A DNA stretch of 63,738 nt, counting the filler, from Octopus bimaculoides (taxonomy: Eukaryota), in NCBI RefSeq assembly GCF_001194135.2. It is 5 parts of 5 records of this genome, joined end to end, with 100 filler letters (N's around TTAATTAATTAA, not from the genome) between each part and the next. Parts side by side here need not be neighbours in the genome. Positions count along the whole stretch, not along the records: positions 19,951 to 43,296 come from NC_068987.1; positions 43,397 to 56,469 come from NC_068994.1; 3 more parts are not named here. One strand, written 5' to 3'. The notes beneath the pieces were generated by a model. The model was not told the origin of the DNA. It saw only the letters and a program-made list of their open reading frames with translations, and searched no databases. How positions within the stretch are numbered: position 1 is the stretch's first letter; every line of letters starts with the position of its first letter. Of this stretch, positions 37,312-49,240 are shown piece by piece. A program made the translations under genes and the position numbers.

Positions 37312-40300
37312 CTATGATTTCCTTTCATCATAACTTTATTTCAGCTGCCTTAATTGAGGGCATCCTCCGGAGGCCAAGAGTAGCAAGGGCACTTTTGTTT
37401 TGCTATGCATGCTAAAATTATCACCACATTATTCCATCTTAGATGGAGAGTGCATTTCATAGTATATGGGCTGTACCCATCAAGGTTATCTTTTGCAGTT
37501 CAGGGAGACTGGAATTACTAGGGAATTGCTTAATATACTTCTTAGCTCCCTTCTTTATCATTCCCAACGCACCAATTACTACTGGTATTATCATAGTACT
37601 AAGCTTACACATTTTTTAAAAATTTCAATTTGCAGATCTTTATAGTGAGAAAGCTTTTCGTATTCCTTCCTTGAGACATTTTGATCTTGCAGGAGAGACA
37701 TACCTATTAACAAACAAGTTCCTCTGTTATAGTCCTTGATCACAATGTTTGGTCGACTGGAGTCAAATTTTCTGTCTGTTTGTATTGGGAAGTTCCAAAG
37801 GATGGTGACGTCCTCGCCATTTATGACATCCTCTGGATGGTGCCTGTACCACTTATCATGAGATTTAATTTTGCAGTATTTACAAGCATTCCAGTGAATT
37901 ACTGCCCTAGTCTGTCACGTCTTATGAGGTATTCCTTTTCAGCGAGTACTGGGCAACTAGAAAAAGCATGACCAATTGTCTCTCTCTCTCTCTTTACTCT
38001 TTTACTTGTTTCAGTCATTTGACTGTGGCCATGCTGGAGCACCGCCTTTTAGTCGAGCAAATCGACCCCAGGACTTATTCTTTGGAAGCCTAGTACTTAT
38101 TCTATCGGGCGATTTTGCCGAACCGCTAAGTTACGGGGACGTAAACACACCAGCATCGGTTGTCAAGCGATGTTGGGGGGGAGATGCACAGACACACAAA
38201 CATATACACACACATATATATATACATATATACGACGGGCTTCTTTTAGTTTCCGTCTACCAAATCCACTCACAAGGATTTGGTCGGCCCGAGGCTATAG
38301 TAGAAGACGCCCAAGGTGCCACGCAGTGGGACTGAACCCGGAACCATATGGCTGGTAAGCAAGCTACTTACCACACAGTCACTCCTACGCCTGTCTGTGA
38401 ATTTTCCGCGAATTTCTGCACGTGATCCATCTTTACGGACGTTTGCATGATAGTTTCTGGTAGGTAAGCTCTGGTCTTCCACTGCAATAACAAAACCATC
38501 GGTTTCCCCTTTTAGACGTGTCACTTGTAGCCATTAGTTTTAGATTTTGATCAATATCTGACTTGGGGAGGCAGTTAGGGTATTTCTCATGCAGGAGTTT
38601 GCGTTTCCAGTTGTCTTCGATATTATTCATGCAACCCTTCTTTTGCTTTTTGGTTGATGTTTTTTGCAACAGTGATAGGTTTGTCACTATTTGGATCTCG
38701 TTGGTCAGTGTCACTTTGGCACATTTGTCCGATGTCCTTATAAGTATAGACAATTTTTGGAAGGTTTCTCTGATCCATGGTATTTTTAGTGAAGAGTTTT
38801 AAGTCATCTATTTACAGGAGATAGTTTATTTTTTCTCCATAGCATCTATAACTCATGGTGGTTTCATTTATCAAGTTTGTTAGCAGGGTCGGAGAAAAGC
38901 TATAGGGCAGATTTTAATGACTTGTAATTCCTTTTTCAATGCTATACTGGTTTTCCAGATTGTCATTGCATGTTTGATATATTTTAGTAGTGTTGGAGCT
39001 TCTTTATTTGAGTGAGGAGATTCCAATATCCAAGATCGTGGAACACTGTCGAACGAGTTCTGGTAATTAATCCAAGTCATGTTCAGGTTTGTTTTCATCC
39101 TCTTACAGTCCTCTATAATGTCTCGGTTTGCCAAAAGTTGCTTCTTACAACCATACATCCCTCTCCGGTACCTCTTTTGTTCTCTTGATTGTTTTCCAGG
39201 GGTATCACAAGCCGGTTATAGATGATTGACTTGAACGTTTTGTTGGATGTTGATAGCCAATGATTTTTTAGTTGTTCGGTGTCCTTGTTTTGGGGAATTA
39301 GGGTGGTTTGTCCTTCCAGCATCTAGTTTGGTGTTGATTCTGGCTTGCTTATTAATAAATTAGATGCCACCGCAATGTAGGTGAGGTGTTCCAACCAGAA
39401 GTTGGAGACCTTGTCTATTTTGGGGGTTTTCCAGTTGCTGGTACTCTTCAGTGTGTCTGTGATCTCTTGACCTGTGATGGTGGGCCATATCTATGGTGCT
39501 CTTTTGTTCTTCCTTTCTTTTTCACTATTTATCCATTGAGCATTTTTGTGTTTTTCATGTTTGCTTCATATTCCTTCCCATTATGACTAAATCGCTGATG
39601 TTGTTGGCACATCATCTATTGATATAGCATTCTTCTTTAACTTTCTGTAAAATCTCGTGTTTATTTTAAATTCTTTATTTTCTTGAAAGAAGCGTCCCCG
39701 TTTTTCCTACCGTTATATACGGCAAGTTTTTGTTATATGGGTCTTATTTTATTTTTCATATTTGATCCCTGTTTCCCTAATTCACAAAGTAGCGCTAAGT
39801 CTTTTGCTTCTTAATTTTATTTATTATGCTCTGCTTTCAGTTTGGGGTTTCAGATTTGGCTGTTCTTTTTTTTATCTTCGTATGGGTCAAGTCCAGTTTT
39901 CCTGGATATCACTATAGCTGTTGAGTAGATCAAGTCATTTAGTTTATTGATATCTAGTGTATCTTTTGATGTGGTCATTATTTCTTGTAGAGCTCTGTCG
40001 TAACTATTTATCCTTTCATAGACCTGTTTATTCTTTTGTAGTCAAGGGAGCCGTTTATGCTGATTCATATTTATCGGCTTTGTGATGTTTATTTCTTCTA
40101 TTTTTGTTATTTCTTCAATCGGTCCTTCCCCATCCTCGGTTGTAACCTGTCTGTTATGGTATGTGTTATTTTGTTTGTTGTTGTTTTGTGTTTCAGTATT
40201 TGCCTGTTTCTGTGTGATTTGTTGTGTTGTATTATTTTTTTTCTGGTTTGGGTAGCGGTATAGAGATTTTACTTTTGTTTAACCTTTTATTTATGTATTT

Positions 40301-41110
40301 TTGCCTGTGTTGTGTTCCTTTCTTTCTTTTGTGGGGTCATGCATTTTCGGAGATATAATGTCTTAATATACTATTTTTGTTTGATTGCAGCCCATCGTTT
40401 TGAGTTGTGAAATGTTTCGTTTAATTTTCAATGTGTATTTTTTCTATTAGTTTGTCTATTTCGGTTTGGGGCACTTTTCCATCTCACAGGATATAACGCC
40501 GGATATTCACAGAAGTATTTTCCGAGACTTTTTCCTTTCTATCAATATTTCTTCTTCTCCATATTTGATCTGTTTCTTTAATTATTCTTGTCTGTTTTGG
40601 ATATAGTTTTGCAGTGTAGAATGCATATGGCACTTCAATGAAGTTGTTATTTGTCACCGTTCTCTCCTGGTTTTGTTTTTGGCTTGGGCAGTGACATTAA
40701 GAGAAGAGTCTGTCCGTTCAGTGTTAACTTTTTGGTAGAACACCGTCTCTGGGCGTGTGCTAAGGTTACTTACGTATCGTGATCGTCTGAGACTCACAGA
40801 TTGAAATTCTCTTCTATTTACTTTCGTAGTTTTATAACCGAGCATATTTGTTGTTTAAATTCTTCTGTAGGTATATCACATCTGCACATGTTGTTTATAT
40901 TTTTACATACGTGCCATGCTATGACAACGTACCTGATAGCAACTCTTTTTGATATATAGGAGAAATATTTCGGCGTCCTGAAATATCTTTTTGGTCATAG
41001 TTTTGCGGTTTCTTAAGTCCTGTTTGCCGATAATCACAGATTTAATTCTTCCTCGCAGGGAGCTCGCTCGTGTACGTCCATCATCTTTGTTATTCGTTGT
41101 GGAGCTTCTG

Positions 41111-41111
<1 letters not shown>
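37312..41111 (-). mobile_element. Near full-length, decayed R4/Dong-clade LINE bounded by (TAA)n, interrupted by a SINE
   Basis: N-terminal relic ~40850-40400; RT (EGQTTLIPQNKDT, NMTWINYQNSFDSVPRSWI); KGETDGFVIAVEDQSLPTRNY; CCHC split at 37980/38393; C-terminal LQKITLMGTAHIL*NALSI*. The 5' boundary between 40850 and 41111 is inferred. Confidence 0.82.
37981..38392 (-). mobile_element. SINE family A inserted in the R4 zinc knuckle
   Basis: Full family A sequence; possible short TSD TGTC (37977-37980 and 38392-38395). Confidence 0.93.
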
Positions 41112-41185
<74 letters not shown>

Positions 41186-41400
41186 AGGCGATGTATGGCT
41201 GAATCATTAGCACGCCGGGAAAAATGCTTAGCAGCATTTCGCCCGTCTTTACGTTTTTGAGTTCAAATTTCGCTGAGGACGGCTTTGCCTTCCATCATTT
41301 CGGAGCCGATAAAATAATTACCATCTGAGTAATGGCTTCCATTTAAACGACTATCCCCGCCCCCAAAATTCCAGGCCTTGTGCCTATAGTTGAAAGGATT
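41186..41400 (+). mobile_element. SINE family D
   Basis: Homologous to 35358-35590; followed by (CTT)n(ATT)n to 41525. Confidence 0.88.
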
Positions 41401-41460
41401 CTTCTTCTTCTTTTTCTTCTTCTTCTTCTTCTTCTTCTTCTTCTTCTTCTTCTTCTTCTT

Positions 41461-41525
<65 letters not shown>

Positions 41526-41689
41526 NNNNNNNNNNNNNNNNNNNNNNNNNNNNNNNNNNNNNNNNNNNNNNNNNNNNNNNNNNNNNNNNNNNNNNNNNNN
41601 NNNNNNNNNNNNNNNNNNNNNNNNNNNNNNNNNNNNNNNNNNNNNNNNNNNNNNNNNNNNNNNNNNNNNNNNNNNNNNNTCTTTTATTG

Positions 41690-42990
41690 TTTTTGCACAG
41701 CTTCTAACGCTGGAGATGTACTATAGTGTCAGCTGTTCACTACCAGTGCTTTCAATACACCCACGTTAGGTATCTCATTAAGCCCTCGAGTTCGATACGT
41801 ACGCAGTCTTTCACACTTATCAGTCCCCTTCTTCCATTTGCTCTCTTCATGTATAGGCGATAAGTGTCTGTATGTGGATGATGGGCTCCATGCATCGTTA
41901 GGAGATTTCTTGAATTCCTGTCCCTCTCTTTTAGCTTCTCCTCTCTCCACTTCAGGAGTCCAGCGCCATAACGAATTACTACGACTGCGCGAGAGTTTAT
42001 TGCCAAAATTATGTTTCTGGCATTCAGCTTTGAAGCCAGTATTTTTCTCAGTCGCCGTAGGTACTCTCTTTTTGCCTTTTCCTTCATGTCATTGTGTTTA
42101 ATTCCATCTGCCTCAAGTATTCCCAGGTATCTATAGCTGGATTGACTTTGCCTTCAATCATTGCACCACTTGGCAGCACATTTTGAGAGCCTAAACTCCA
42201 ACTTAATATCACTGGAGAAAATCTGCACAGACTGCACTAGGCTGTCCAGTTCTGCCTCACTTTTGGTGAATAGCACGTGGCTGAGTTTTCTCTTACCACT
42301 TCCCAGGTCATACTCCAATTTTGTTTTCTGTTGTGTTACACTCAAGGGGATCATTCTCAGCATAAAGAGCAGTGGGGACACACTGACCCTCTGAAAGATT
42401 CCTCTCTTGATTTTAACCTCTCCTAATACTTGATTCCCTGCTGTCATTTCCGTTCTCCACCATTTCATACTGTTCTATATAAGGCTTCGCGTATTTTCTG
42501 CTATTCCATACCTTTCCATTGTTCATATTATCCAGGAGCGTGGTATCATATCGTATGTTTTTCGATAGTCAACCCACGCCATGCTCAGATTTGTGTGTCT
42601 TCTCTCTCTTGCTGTTTCTGATAATTAGATTATCGATTAAGAGTTGATCCTTCCCTCCCCAGGTCCTCTTTCGGTACCCTTTTTGTTCAATAGGTAGCAG
42701 CCCACTTTTCTCTAAGTATCTATACAGTTCACCGACCAAAGCACCTGACATTAGTTTCCACATTAACGGAGGACACGTTATTGGTCGAAAGTTGGATGCA
42801 GAATTTCCCTTTTCAGGATCCTTGGCACATAACAATGCTTTCTGTTGTCATCCAGCTGGGTATTGCGCCTTCTTGCAAGTGCTCATCAAGCTGTTTCGCT
42901 ATTCTTTCATGGGGCCCTTTAAGTTTCTTCATCCAGTAACCTTGGACCCTATCCGGTCTTGGACTATTACAATTTGGGAATTTTCATAAC
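41690..42990 (-). mobile_element. R4/Dong-clade RT fragment (different subfamily)
   Basis: NFRPITCPPLMWKLM, EQKGYRKRTWGGKDQLLID, VKIKRGIFQ, SDIKLEFRLSKCA, EYLRRLRKILASKLNARNIILAINSRAV, RLYMKRANGRRGLISV. Confidence 0.9.
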
Positions 42991-43006
42991 TGCTTTTTTA
43001 TAATTT

Positions 43007-43296
43007 CTATTATTATTATTATTATTGTTCAGTAGTTTTATTTTTATAACGTGCTTTCACTTCACTACCGAGCGCAGCTCTGTGCGCCTTGGGTATGTGC
43101 TGTGGTTTGCTGTGGTGCTCTTATGTTTACTGTATTGAAAGCGTTTTGCGTAGAATGTGTGCAGTACCCAGTAGTGCAATTTTCTGTATGTTATATATAT
43201 TTGTAAGTCCTGGTATTTTTGTTATGTATTTGTCTGAATATTTTTTTTATTATACCTAAGGCACCTACTATGATAGGAATTGTTTCTGTTTTTAGA
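43007..43296 (-). mobile_element. R4/Dong-clade 3' end with 3' UTR and (TAA)n tail
   Basis: LKTETIPIIVGALGII...NIQKIALLGTAHILRKTLSIQ*. Confidence 0.88.
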
Positions 43297-43396
43297 NNNN
43301 NNNNNNNNNNNNNNNNNNNNNNNNNNNNNNNNNNNNNNNNTTAATTAATTAANNNNNNNNNNNNNNNNNNNNNNNNNNNNNNNNNNNNNNNNNNNN
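43297..43396. other. Artificial scaffolding linker
   Basis: 44N-TTAATTAATTAA-44N. Confidence 0.93.
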
Positions 43397-43669
43397 TATA
43401 TACCATTCAAAACTTCTTATTCTTTACTAACAATACACAATGCTTCTAGCGAACTACAATACTCTCCTATATTAATGTTTGTTTTAATATCGAGTTATGA
43501 TAAAACAAAATTAAAAATGACATTAAACTAAAGGATTACTCAATAAGTTTTGTAGAGTACATACTTTTGTAAAGTTCACATTCATAAGAGGTCCGATGAA
43601 GGCTAGCAGGCCGAAACTTCGAAGTCTCTGCCAACACTGTTCTTGGAAATTTATGATAAATAAATATTC
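43397..43669 (+). repeat. Unit H3 with hammerhead-like motif (43593-43630), ending in AAATAAATA
   Basis: CCGATGA-A-GGC-tagcag-GCC-GAA-ACTTCGAAGT-C; 10-nt perfect palindrome in helix III, GUC triplet; helix I weak. Confidence 0.5.
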
Positions 43670-43830
43670 ATAGGCGCAGGCGTGGCTGCGTTGGAAGAAG
43701 CTTCCTTCCCAACCACATGGTTCTGGGTTCAGTCCTACTGCGTGGCACTATGGGCAAGTGTTTTCTACTATTGTCAACGGGATGACCAAAGCCTTATGAG
43801 ACGGAAACTGAAGGAAGCCCGTCGTATATA
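43670..43830 (+). mobile_element. SINE family A 5' half
   Basis: ataggcgcaggcgtggctg...gaagcccgtcgtatata. Confidence 0.88.
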
Positions 43831-44286
43831 ACTGTAAGATGCGGACATGTGTGTACGTAAATCCACATCAAGGTCCACTCTTTACTGTGTTGTGGTCGTT
43901 TGTTTGTATCCATGACCCTAAGAGCTACACCAGCGGAACGCAAAGGGCCCTTACGTTGGACTCTTCAAAGGATAGAGGCCAGACTAATATGGATCATATC
44001 TTCCCAGAAATAAGAATGGGCTTGAGTAGTGTCAACATTCCTACCTCGAAAAAAAGAAGAAAGAAGAAAAGCGAAGTTACCGAAACGTCGATGACAATTC
44101 AAAACCAAGGTCTGGGAGAAGAAAGCGTTAATCTCACGGAAACATATAACCCAGTGCAGTAAATTCCAAAAGGAAGCTGCAAGTGAGTGGTGAAAAGCTG
44201 GGATTGAAATGGTGAGAAGTAGAAGAAGAGTTGAAACCGGTGGAGATAAGTTGTTGACAGCCTAAGCTTCATATGGAGCAAAGAGC

Positions 44287-44504
44287 ATAACCCTTTAGCA
44301 TTCAGATTACTTTGTTAAATATAATGCTTATTTATTCTGTTTAAAATTAATCATATATTATCTTGTGGATTAGGGATTTCGAAGATGTTTGGTTTTAGAA
44401 TGACATTACAAGATAGCTGTAAGATACTAAATCTAACCAGTTTGAACATGAACCAGGAAGAAAATTTGGGCCGAATATGGTCTATTTAAATGCTAAAGAG
44501 GTAA
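44287..44504. mobile_element. piggyBac-type MITE (~215 bp)
   Basis: ATAA+CCCTTTAGCATT ... AATGCTAAAGAG+GTAA: 12-bp TIR (11/12) with degenerate TTAA flanks. Confidence 0.65.
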
Positions 44505-44819
44505 GTAAGCGTACATTAATCCTCTTCTCGCCACTGACGATTACAGCGAGGCGTATGAAACCTTGATTGCTGGAGCGATTTTAGTTTAATACTCATTGTA
44601 ACAACGACTGATAGAGATTGAGTTGCTCTTCGGTCTTGCTTTGTCTTGAGCCCCCAATTCCTAAAGATGGAGTCGGTGCGCCATCATGAAATATGGTTTT
44701 TCTTGCTGGGTACTTAATCAAAGCAGGGTGTGGGGAGAGGTGCCATTCAAAGTTTGAGCACAAGAGACATCTTGCGAAGAAAAGAGAGAGAAGACAAGAG
44801 ACAAGGAATAGAAAGTTAG

Positions 44820-44985
44820 AACCTGGATTCGGCTCCTCTACAGTAATGGTACTTTTAATTGACACCGAAAGAGTGAAAGGCAAAATTGACCTTCACTGAA
44901 TTTGAACTCAGAGCTCAGAGAGCCGGAACGAATATTGCGACTCATTATGTACGACGCTCTGAAGACTGCCAATTCGCCGTCCGCG
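44820..44985 (-). mobile_element. Degenerate SINE family D head
   Basis: gaatttgaactcaga and ctgccaattcgccgtc are the reverse complement of the family D head. Confidence 0.6.
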
Positions 44986-46082
44986 CATTCCTTCACTGTA
45001 TTTAAATGTATACACTCACACATACACGCATACACATACATATACACACTACGCACGCACACACACACACACACACATACATAGCGTACATGTGTGTGAG
45101 TGTATTTATATATAACACATACATACATGTGTATATATAGTGATATATACATACATACATACAGGCATACATACATATATAGAGATAGATAGAGAGAGAG
45201 AGAGGGGGGGGGAAGAGAGGAGGTGAGAGAGAAGGGGAAAGGAGACCAGGAGAAAACGAAGAAGAGAGAACAGAGAAGAAAAGTGAAGGAGAGGGGAGAA
45301 GATAAGGAGATAAAGACGGAAGGAGAAGCAAGGGAGCGAGGGACAGGGGGAGAGAGAGGGATGAGGTGAGAGAGAAGTAGAGAGGGANNNNNNNNNNNNN
45401 NNNNNNNNNNNNNNNNNNNNNNNNNNNNNNNNNNNNNNNNNNNNNNNNNNNNNNNNNNNNNNNNNNNNNNNNNNNNNNNNNNNNNNNNNNNNNNNNNNNN
45501 NNNNNNNNNNNNNNNNNNNNNNNNNNNNNNNNNNNNNNNNNNNNNNNNNNNNNNNNNNNNNNNNNNNNNNNNNNNNNNNNNNNNNNNNNNNNNNNNNNNN
45601 NNNNNNNNNNNNNNNNNNNNNNNNNNNNNNNNNNNNNNNNNNNNNNNNNNNNNNNNNNNNNNNNNNNNNNNNNNNNNNNNNNNNNNNNNNNNNNNNNNNN
45701 NNNNNNNNNNNNNNNNNNNNNNNNNNNNNNNNNNNNNNNNNNNNNNNNNNNNNNNNNNNNNNNNNNNNNNNNNNNNNNNNNNNNNNNNNNNNNNNNNNNN
45801 NNNNNNNNNNNNNNNNNNNNNNNNNNNNNNNNNNNNNNNNNNNNNNNNNNNNNNNNNNNNNNNNNNNNNNNNNNNNNNNNNNNNNNNNNNNNNNNNNNNN
45901 NNNNNNNNNNNNNNNNNNNNNNNNNNNNNNNNNNNNNNNNNNNNNNNNNNNNNNNNNNNNNNNNNNNNNNNNNNNNNNNNNNNNNNNNNNNNNNNNNNNN
46001 NNNNNNNNNNNNNNNNNNNNNNNNNNNNNNNNNNNNNNNNNNNNNNNNNNNNNNNNNNNNNNNNNNNNNNNNNNNNNNNNNN

Positions 46083-46289
46083 CAGGCACAACAGAAACAG
46101 GAAGTAAGAGTGAGAGAAAGTTGTTGTGGAAGGGTACAGCAGGGTTCTCCACCATCCCCTGCCGGAACCTCGTGGAGCTTTTAGGTGTTTTCGCTCAATA
46201 AACACTCACAACGCCTGGTCTGGGAATCGAAACCGCGATCCTATGACTGCGAGTCCGCTGCCCTAACCACTGCGCCATTGCGCCTCCAC
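46083..46289 (-). mobile_element. SINE family B (5' ~200 nt; remainder lost in gap)
   Basis: Reverse complement gtggaggcgcaatggcgcagtggttagggcagcggactcgcagtcataggatcgcggtttcgattcccagacc with box A and box B. Confidence 0.88.
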
Positions 46290-46325
46290 TTGACCTGAGT
46301 GTAAGTACAAACGGATGATATCTCG

Positions 46326-46521
46326 TTAAAATTCTTCCAACCACTTCTTGAAGTAGTTCAAGTTTTCACCAGATTATCTTCAAAAATCTTGTCTTGCATG
46401 CTGATGACGAAAATTGTATTAACCCTCAGCCCCACCCCGCTCCCAGAAATTACCAGGGTAGAAAATTTTGAAAAATCTGGTAAAATTTTGAAAAAATTTC
46501 AAGTGGTTGAAAGGAATTTAA
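46326..46521. mobile_element. Small AT-rich foldback/MITE (~195 bp)
   Basis: ttaaaattcttccaaccactt...ccagattatcttcaaaaat (46326-46388) is an imperfect inverted repeat of 46461-46521. Confidence 0.6.
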
Positions 46522-46634
46522 TAAGATCCAAGGGATGTAACCAAATACCACAAAATGTTTCGCTCGTAGACACTACCGATTCTGGAAATTACTGGTCCAT
46601 ATGCCTCTGTCGCCAAATTTTTTTAGTTATTTTA

Positions 46635-46880
46635 ATATAAGAAGTATCGGGTTCGGTTCCACCGCGCGGCAATTTGGGCAAGTGACTTCTACTATAACCT
46701 CGGGCCGTCAAATACCTTGTAAGTAAATTCGATAGATGGAAACTGTATGGAAGACTGTCATATATGTGTGTGCACATGTGTGTGCTTTCGTATCTTTGAG
46801 TTTTTCCCTAGACCATTTGGGGACCGGTGTTGGTTTATTTTCCGTAACATAGCGGTTCGACATAAAAGAACAGTAGAGTT
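46635..46880 (+). mobile_element. Old, diverged SINE family A
   Basis: gggcaagtgacttctactataacctcgggccg...gatggaaactg...ttccgtaacatagcggttcg. Confidence 0.7.
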
Positions 46881-46904
46881 AGTACCATACTTAATAAATA
46901 ATAA

Positions 46905-47090
46905 TAATGCTTTCTACTATAGGCACAATGCCTGAGATTTGGGGGAGGCGGATAGTCGATCCCAGTGTTTCACTGGGGCTCAATTTATTGACCCCCGAAA
47001 GGATGAAAGGCCAAGTCGACCTCGGCGGAATTTGAACTCAGATCGTAAGCATTTTCCCGGCTTGCTAACGATTCTGCCAGCTCACCGCCT
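46905..47090 (-). mobile_element. SINE family D
   Basis: Reverse complement of 35358-35590; followed by (AAT)n 47098-47165. Confidence 0.85.
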
Positions 47091-47096
47091 TTAACA

Positions 47097-47151
<55 letters not shown>

Positions 47152-47600
47152 TTAATAATAATAATGCAATAGGTAGTGGGGTTCGATTTGTTTAAGTAAA
47201 CCCTTCAGGTGCTCTAGCATGGCCGCTGTCCAATGACTGACGCGAGTAAAAGTATAAAAGAATATAAGATTATATAGAACACCATGCAGCGTATTCTGCT
47301 CTGTAAGTTATTCAAATGTATATAATACCTGAAGAAAATCAGACAAAAAAATTGTGTTCGATACCTGATTGGAATTTGGCTATACAAAACTATGCATGGA
47401 ATTGTATGCATTGGTTAAGCGATATGCTATTTTATTCGACATACCATACAAGTCTTCAACATATACATACGGATGTATGCAAATATACATATATGCCAGA
47501 CTCGAAGCATCTCTGATTTCTGTCTCCAGACTTTCATCTTTTTCGTTCATCTTTGTTCCGGCCTCAAGGCTTTCACTACACTCACGCCAACCTAACTTGA

Positions 47601-47985
47601 TTCGTCTCTATTAGTCGAAAGACACCTGTTGTTATTTTCTTGTTATTTGTAAATGAGGAACATTTTCTGCTTTTTCTGGGGTTTTTTTAAAATTATTTTT
47701 TTACTTGATTTTGTCTTTGTTCTCATACACATTCGCTTGCTTTCTTCTAAAATATTTAATGCTCTTAGCTTAGATTTTTGGGGCCAGCCAGATTTGAACA
47801 GTCTCAAGTGTAACCGGCTGAAGCTGTAAGGATAATCTGGAAACTTGACTGAGGAAAGAAGGCCACGAATGGCCCGTCCTTGCATTGTCTTGTCTGTCTT
47901 TTTGTTGTTTTTCCTGTCCGTCTTCGTATCGTCTATATGTCCCGATATTTTATTGTCGTCTGTTGCGTTCTTGTTCCATTTTTTG
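47601..47985 (+). repeat. Repeat R5 second, diverged copy ending in (TA)n
   Basis: tagtcgaaagacacc...gataatctggaaacttgactgaggaaagaa...cccgtccttg aligns to 21044-21332. Confidence 0.8.
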
Positions 47986-48017
47986 TATATATATATTTCT
48001 ATATATATATATATATA

Positions 48018-48664
48018 TACGAGGTGTAGTCAAAAAGTATCCGACCTTGATTATTTTTTGCACGAAATATTAAAGCGTGACCAAAATCCACATGGGTATC
48101 AGGTGGCCGCGTCCTTCCAAAGCATGCACAACAATTTTCGTGTCTGTAGGTTGAGCCATTCGCCCTCAGTGACTCGTTGAGTACAGACGTGAAGAGTGTG
48201 CAGTGAGATTTTTCTTTTTGACTCAGCATGACCAAGCGCATTGAGCAAAGATACTCTATCAAATTCTGTCAAAAACTTGGTGATACGCAAGCCCGGACTA
48301 TCGAGAAGATTCAGGAGGCCTTTGGAGATGATGCCTTGGGAAAAGTACAAATAAAGGAATGGTACAACCGGTTTAAAGATGGCCGCACCTCAGTGGACAG
48401 TGAACCGCGTAGTGGCAGACCATCGACTAGCGGAGACGACGAAATGATAGCAAAGGTTCGAAGAATAGTCTATGAAGAGCGTCATGTGACTATTGAGAAG
48501 TTTGTTGCCGAAATTAGAATCAGCCATGGGTCAGTTCAATCAGTTCATTCCGTCCACATCGTCCAAGCATTCCTTGTCAAATAAAATACACCATTCGTTC
48601 GTATGTTGAATAAAATCATAATAAACTATTACTCAAAGCCAGAAACTTTTTCAGCACCCCTCGT
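48018..48664 (+). mobile_element. Internally deleted mariner retaining an open N-terminal HTH ORF (48228-48584)
   Basis: EQRYSIKFCQKLG...KEWYNRFKDGRTSVDSEPRSGRPST then a jump to HSVHIVQAFLVK; ends tacgaggtgtagtcaaaaagt and (revcomp) cacgaggggtgctgaaaaagt; flanked by (TA)n and (TG)n. Confidence 0.88.
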
Positions 48665-48678
48665 GTGTGTGTATGTGT

Positions 48679-48713
<35 letters not shown>

Positions 48714-49161
48714 CACGTACACACACACACATAAAATACACATATATAATACTTCCATACATGCATACATACATACATACATACATACATACATACATAC
48801 ATACATACATACATACATACTTACGTGCATACATACATACAATACAATACAATACAATGCGATACATACATAGAGCGTGGAGCATGGAAAAGCGATCGAG
48901 TTGAAGACGCGTGCAAACAAACGTTAAAAAAGAAAATGTTGAAAAACAGCACAATAATAATAACACATTATTTTCTGACCTTTTAGCGACGATATTTATG
49001 AATAAACTTCAATCAATAGCCTACACAGTACGCACTGCATGCGCTCGATATTACGGTATTTGCCTGCACGGAACGAATTAGAAGCCCACACATATAACAT
49101 GTTCAACGTCACCAGACGATTCATGCTGGCTTCCATATCTACAAACGTTATTTCTCTTAAC

Positions 49162-49240
<79 letters not shown>

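Noticed and set aside
40960-41010. Minus-strand GCC-GAAATATTTC palindrome near the R4 5' end
   Set aside because: No CUGANGA upstream; not a hammerhead.
46210-46289. tRNA-like sequence (also 11916-11990, 19123-19195)
   Set aside because: Continues into SINE body or is a truncated SINE head; the cloverleaf and acceptor stem are imperfect, so not called a tRNA gene.
46401-46412. CTGATGACGAAA
   Set aside because: Only one nucleotide between the core halves, so no helix II, and no GUH site.
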